Assembly (NCBI RefSeq): GCF_052425735.1
Contig: NC_135770.1
Coordinates: forward strand, 29,698,001-29,762,000
Direction of reading: 5' to 3'
From: Oculina patagonica
Lineage: Eukaryota
Length of the DNA: 64,000 nt
The first letter of the stretch is position 1. Every line of letters starts with the position of its first letter. Of this stretch, positions 59,598-64,000 are shown one piece after another. A program made the translations under genes and the position numbers. The notes under the pieces are model-generated. The model was not told the DNA's origin. It saw only the letters and a list, made by a program, of their open reading frames with translations, and searched no databases.

Positions 59598-61286
59598 ATG
59601 GCGCCGCCTATTCCGAGAGCTGATTCCAAAGAAAGAGATTTTATGAAGTGGATGAAAACCCCAGAAGCAACTAAAATTTCTGAAGCGGCAAAAGACAATG
59701 CGTGGAAACCTTTTCTTGCAAAATATCCAAACGCTGACCGAACAAAATTTGTTGCACAGGTTGAGTTCGCGTACAACCACACAGCAACGGCAGACATTTA
59801 TTACAAGGCAGAGCAAGGCCATTTGATAAATGTTTTTGGCTCTGACAGCAAATATTGGAGCCCAGAGATGAAAAAAGCACTGGGGGTGAATCAAATTTCA
59901 GGCGGTTTTCCACAACAGCTGTCACCAAGCGGCGCAAAAGGTGCATCTTTACCAATTCCCGCGGTTGGATTTCACGAAGCCGCACCGAGTTTGAAAAAAA
60001 TATTTAACAGCAAAATAAACATCTACGTCACACCAGATCAATATTTCACAACGAAATTAAGAGAGATTTTTCAAAAAACAAAACTGAAGCATTCATCAGG
60101 AAAAGAGTCAAAAAGGTGGCTTGCTAGCCCAAATATTGGCTACTGGCCTCAACAACTTAACTTTGCTGTCTGGTGCGCGACAACAGGCAGTGGGATAAGT
60201 CGTGAAATTTTTGATGAAGAACACTCAGCTCTCAGTTTGCCACCTGTTGTGCGTAATTTTTACCTCTTTCACGTTTATTTCACAATCAGGCGAATATTGT
60301 TTCAGATGGGCGGAATTCAGAGCGTAAGCGCCTTGCCAGGCGACCCAACGTTTAGCCAGTTCGACAACAAGTACGACGTGGCTTCGTATAAAAGAATATG
60401 CGCTGAGTTCGGTGTCGACCCGTCAAGCGATTTTCGTTTCACAAGAGGCGCCAATCATGGGCTTGGTGATGTTTATATTTGGTTTACTAACATTGGACCA
60501 AAAAATTCTGGAGCAAAATACCCCGATTACGATAAATTTTCGGACGAAGGGGGAGCTGCAAGCAAGGGTAACTTAATTCAATATATCGAGCCAGACGACG
60601 CTGCATATGCACAGGCAGACTGGTTTTGTCCTAACGCCGCAGAAGGTCTGACTCAGGCAGGTTTGTCGAGAGTAAACCAGTCGATAGAGGCTTTTGTCTA
60701 CTGTATTCTGGGTTCGCAGGTCAACGTTCGAAGTAGCATACTTGGCACAGGCGGCCGCGCAAAGGAGGCTCAAAGTGAGTTCCTCGTGTTGGTTGAAGAC
60801 GCTATAAGGCAACCAGATCTGGCAAAGTCAGTTCAAAGATACCAACTTTCTATCGATGAAGCGAAGGTTCGGCTTAACCTTGCTGTCTGCCCTGGTGCCT
60901 GGCTGATGCCGGGTAGTATGGTGATAAACACAGAAAGCGTTGTCGGCTACAACAATCAGCTGAAGCAGGCTGTAGCAGGAATGAAAATAGGATTGAATAA
61001 TGATGTTAATAAATCAACAAAAAAAGCAGCTCTTAAACTGATGGCCGGAGGACCATCAAAGGTAAACCCACCAAACAGCCACCCTTCAAATCCTATACAC
61101 AAGGAGTCTCAAAGGGACACAAAAAAAACTACGGCACCAGTGAGCACAGAAGGTGCTAAAGCTGAAAGCGCGCAAAGCGCAAAAGCGACGAAGGTCGAAG
61201 TCAATGATACACACGAAATAAACAAAGCAACTGTCGCTGTTGGCGCGGTTGGAGCTGCAGCTTTGCTCTACGCCATTATGCGTTAA
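59598..61286 (+). CDS. Polinton hypothetical protein, probably structural, with a C-terminal hydrophobic tail
   Basis: 562-aa intact ORF within the capsid module; YWPQQLNFAVWCAT block; ends AVGAVGAAALLYAIMR. Confidence 0.8.
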   Translation: MAPPIPRADSKERDFMKWMKTPEATKISEAAKDNAWKPFLAKYPNADRTKFVAQVEFAYNHTATADIYYKAEQGHLINVFGSDSKYWSPEMKKALGVNQISGGFPQQLSPSGAKGASLPIPAVGFHEAAPSLKKIFNSKINIYVTPDQYFTTKLREIFQKTKLKHSSGKESKRWLASPNIGYWPQQLNFAVWCATTGSGISREIFDEEHSALSLPPVVRNFYLFHVYFTIRRILFQMGGIQSVSALPGDPTFSQFDNKYDVASYKRICAEFGVDPSSDFRFTRGANHGLGDVYIWFTNIGPKNSGAKYPDYDKFSDEGGAASKGNLIQYIEPDDAAYAQADWFCPNAAEGLTQAGLSRVNQSIEAFVYCILGSQVNVRSSILGTGGRAKEAQSEFLVLVEDAIRQPDLAKSVQRYQLSIDEAKVRLNLAVCPGAWLMPGSMVINTESVVGYNNQLKQAVAGMKIGLNNDVNKSTKKAALKLMAGGPSKVNPPNSHPSNPIHKESQRDTKKTTAPVSTEGAKAESAQSAKATKVEVNDTHEINKATVAVGAVGAAALLYAIMR

Positions 61287-62737
61287 CGTCTCTTCTTGAT
61301 GTATCTTTCAACAAGAAAAGCAACCGCAGCAAGGATAAGCAGCCAGGTGTGCTCTGCAAGAAAGCCAATTACTTGGCCAGCGGTTTTGAAAAGAAAGCTC
61401 ACAATCGAGCCAATGAGACCGGGCAGAGCTGATGCTACCTTTGAGCCAACATCACTTAGGCCTTTTCCCAACGCTTTGCCGGTGGCCTTCAAAGAGTTTG
61501 TAATGGCACCAATTACAGCACCAATCGTGACACCAGCAGCAAGAAAGATCGCTGTAACTGTCACGCCATTTTTTTTGAAGATTTCTTTGATCCTCTCACG
61601 AAGTGGAAGCGCCCTTTCTCTTTCCGCAATCTGCGTTCGCAAACGCGCGAGCTCCTCGGTTCTTTCAGCAACTCTTTCTTCAGCAGCTTGTTTGTCAGTG
61701 GGGGATGTATTTTCATCCTGTATTACTGCTTGATCTTCATCGTTTTGTCGCTTCAGCTCGGCTTCTTGCTCTTTTAGATCATCCAACGCTCTTGTGTCGT
61801 TGAGCCTTTCTTGCAAAGTGTTTCTTTCTCTCTCTTTGGCAGCGAGGCTTGCCCTGAGTTGGTCGACCCGTGTTTGTTCTTTTGTCTTCTGCTTCGATTG
61901 TTTTTCAATGGCCACCACCTCTTTTTTCGCGTTGTCAAGATCCTTTTGATAATTTTTTTTCAGTTGCTGCAGTCTCCGTAGTTCTGAATCACTTTCAAGA
62001 TTCGAACCGTGTTCTTGAGTAAGTGCTTCAATCTGAGCTTGAGTTCGCTCGATTTTGTTTCTCAGATCTTGCACTTCTAGGGCGGCTTTTTCTTTTTCCG
62101 ATGCGAGTTTTTGGGCCTCTTGAAGTTGTTTTTCAGCTTCTCTTAATCTTTGGCGTTCAGCTTTTCTTAATGTTTGGCGTACATCTCTTATGCTCTCATT
62201 TTCTTGAGCAATAATATCTTCAGCTGACGGCCCAAGTTCATCTTTGAAGCTGTCTAAAAAGCTTTTCATGAAGCCTGACTCATTTTCTTTTAGAATCTTG
62301 TACTCGCCTTTTTTTGTTCCTACAGCAACAATTTTACCCTCATTTTTCCCTTTGCCTCTTCTGATTTTTATTTTTTCAAAGTTTGCTTTGGGAAATTTGC
62401 CTTTTATCATGTCTACTGCTTTTTTTAGTTTTTGTCGCAAATTACTTTCATTTTGAAGATCACTTATTGAAGGGGTTCTTTCAAGCAAAGGTGTTTCGTC
62501 GTAGGATGTTTCTGGCAGCCCGCTCTGTTCGTGCTGCATTGTTTGCATTTCATGTTGTTCACCCCCATGGTAGGGTGTGGATACCATCCCGGGCTGAAAT
62601 GGTCGGGTTGTGTCGACCTCTTGTTCCTCTTCATCATCGTTATCACTGTTGTGGTCAAGATCTCGGTCCAAATCAGGGTCCTCGTATCCAAAATCACCAC
62701 CACCTGTTGCCATCACGTAATTTATATATATTTTCAA
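61283..62737 (-). CDS. Coiled-coil protein with C-terminal amphipathic/TM helices (resembles the adintovirus 'GasderminX'-type membrane-active protein); likely start at the second Met (MATGGGD)
   Basis: Acidic N-terminus, ~200 aa of heptad-rich coil, and C-terminal GVTVTAIFLAAGVTIGAVIG...WLLILAAVAFLV. Confidence 0.75.
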   Translation of the reverse strand: MKIYINYVMATGGGDFGYEDPDLDRDLDHNSDNDDEEEQEVDTTRPFQPGMVSTPYHGGEQHEMQTMQHEQSGLPETSYDETPLLERTPSISDLQNESNLRQKLKKAVDMIKGKFPKANFEKIKIRRGKGKNEGKIVAVGTKKGEYKILKENESGFMKSFLDSFKDELGPSAEDIIAQENESIRDVRQTLRKAERQRLREAEKQLQEAQKLASEKEKAALEVQDLRNKIERTQAQIEALTQEHGSNLESDSELRRLQQLKKNYQKDLDNAKKEVVAIEKQSKQKTKEQTRVDQLRASLAAKERERNTLQERLNDTRALDDLKEQEAELKRQNDEDQAVIQDENTSPTDKQAAEERVAERTEELARLRTQIAERERALPLRERIKEIFKKNGVTVTAIFLAAGVTIGAVIGAITNSLKATGKALGKGLSDVGSKVASALPGLIGSIVSFLFKTAGQVIGFLAEHTWLLILAAVAFLVERYIKKRR

Positions 62738-62775
62738 ATTAAACTTTTCAATTTAACAATAAAACCAATCGAGAG

Positions 62776-64000
62776 ATGGATGCTGTTCAAGAAAACCTTC
62801 GACCGGGACGCGTAGAGAAAACCCTCGGCGCACTGAAAGCCGAGCGAGCTGTAAAACGAATCACTTTTGACCGCACTGAAGCCAATCCAGAGGAAACGTT
62901 GTATGTTTCAGTGCCAAAGCTGAACGAAAACGAGGTCATTGTGCCTGGCTCGCTGGCGCTGCGCTTCAACATCGACTTGAGCGGAGGCCATGCCAACAAC
63001 TTTCTGGTTGACAACGTCAGCCGAGCTCTGGTCGACAAGTTTGTTGTAAAGTACGAAGGCACCGTCGTGCAGGACACGGTGGGCTATGACATCTACAAAA
63101 TATTTGAGGATTTTTTCCTTTCGCAGGAGGAGCGCGACGACAGGGTGCCAGAGGGCATTCAGAGCGAGGACCTCAACAAAATTCGCTCAAATGCTGGCGA
63201 TAAGAAAACTTCAGGAGTCGAAGCAGAAAAAAAGCTGAATGAGCTATATGGAAATAAATACCGGATCCGTCTGGATCACCAGATTTTAACTGACCACGGG
63301 GCATTTTATCCTCAGGCACTATACAACGATCTTCTGTTCGAACTGAAGCTCGCGGCAGCCGAACATGTTGTAAGAGGCTCAGATGCAACAAAACTGAAAT
63401 ACAAGCTGACAAACATACAGCTGGAGTACGAGATGATAAGAAGCAAGGAAATTGCAGATGAGGCGTTCAGCGCTTACTCGGGCGGCAAAGAGTTCGCTTA
63501 CGACCACATCCAGCGTGCCGAAGTTGTTACTTTTGCAAAAGGATCCGACACACGTCTGAATCTTAAGGTCAACCCGCAGAGGAGGTCCCTAAAAGGTATC
63601 TTGCTACTTTTTATAGAGCAATATGCCAAAGGTGCAAGGATCTCGGAAAAGTACATTAACCCAGACCTTACAAAAGTAAGCGTCACTGTCAACGGCTCGC
63701 CAAACATGCTGTACAACAACGGCATCGAAGGAATGGACATATGGGAAGAAGTTAAAAGATTCTACATGAAAGAAAAAAATAAAACGCAGCACATGACCCT
63801 GCAAAAGTTTTACACAGAAGACAAGTTCGGCCTTCTGATTGATCTGCGTTCCATGGCTGACCACTCGATGCACGGAAGCGGCAAGCGCCTTGTGAACACA
63901 AAGGACGGTGTCCAGCTTGAGCTAGAGAGGAAAACAAGCGGCTCAGGTAATTTGAACTGCCACATTTACGTAATCAGCGACGCCCAAATGAATATAATTA
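62776..64000 (+). CDS. Major capsid protein (double jelly roll, hexon-like), runs off window
   Basis: Manually translated open frame from ATG 62776 to the window end (MDAVQENLRPG...ANPEETLYVSVPKL...VPGSLALRF...LTNIQLEYE...RSLKGILLLF...FGLLIDLRS...YVISDAQ). Absent from the ORF track because it has no stop in the window. Confidence 0.88.
   Translation, partial: MDAVQENLRPGRVEKTLGALKAERAVKRITFDRTEANPEETLYVSVPKLNENEVIVPGSLALRFNIDLSGGHANNFLVDNVSRALVDKFVVKYEGTVVQDTVGYDIYKIFEDFFLSQEERDDRVPEGIQSEDLNKIRSNAGDKKTSGVEAEKKLNELYGNKYRIRLDHQILTDHGAFYPQALYNDLLFELKLAAAEHVVRGSDATKLKYKLTNIQLEYEMIRSKEIADEAFSAYSGGKEFAYDHIQRAEVVTFAKGSDTRLNLKVNPQRRSLKGILLLFIEQYAKGARISEKYINPDLTKVSVTVNGSPNMLYNNGIEGMDIWEEVKRFYMKEKNKTQHMTLQKFYTEDKFGLLIDLRSMADHSMHGSGKRLVNTKDGVQLELERKTSGSGNLNCHIYVISDAQMNII

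Larger units (their letters stand above)
56539..64000. mobile_element. Polinton/Maverick (adintovirus-like) element 2, left part
   Basis: Begins AGTAGTAAAGGGGGGGTC, homologous to the element 1 terminus; compact intronless genes including major and minor capsid-like proteins. Confidence 0.92.

Overview
Eukaryotic genomic DNA with spliced genes and dense repeats, most likely from a cnidarian such as a stony coral (inferred from the repeat and Polinton types, not proven). Both ends of the window are occupied by related Polinton/Maverick (adintovirus-like) endogenous viral elements. Element 1 (1-5594) carries an integrase and a protein-primed PolB with one in-frame stop, and ends in ...TTACTACT. 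Element 2 (56539 to beyond 64000) starts AGTAGTAA and carries a zinc-finger gene, a highly structured non-coding block, membrane proteins, and minor and major capsid genes. Element 1 appears to sit in an intron of an AcademH-type DNA transposon (spliced DDE transposase plus a convergent RecQ-like helicase, ending near 12538). The host genes are two head-to-head NXPE/SGNH-family paralogs that share a ~300 bp gene-conversion tract, and two tandem ABCC4/MRP4-like transporters. Copy 1 has a 1-bp frameshift; copy 2 is interrupted in intron 3 by element 2. Introns hold a Penelope retroelement with 589-bp inverted arms and hammerhead ribozymes, a degenerate RTE LINE, SINEs and many MITEs. The most novel-looking signals are: a ~300-nt TATA-driven structured RNA candidate inside element 2; terminal repeats that appear to give the same promoter and N-terminal peptide to two different genes; and ESCRT late-domain motifs in a Polinton membrane protein.
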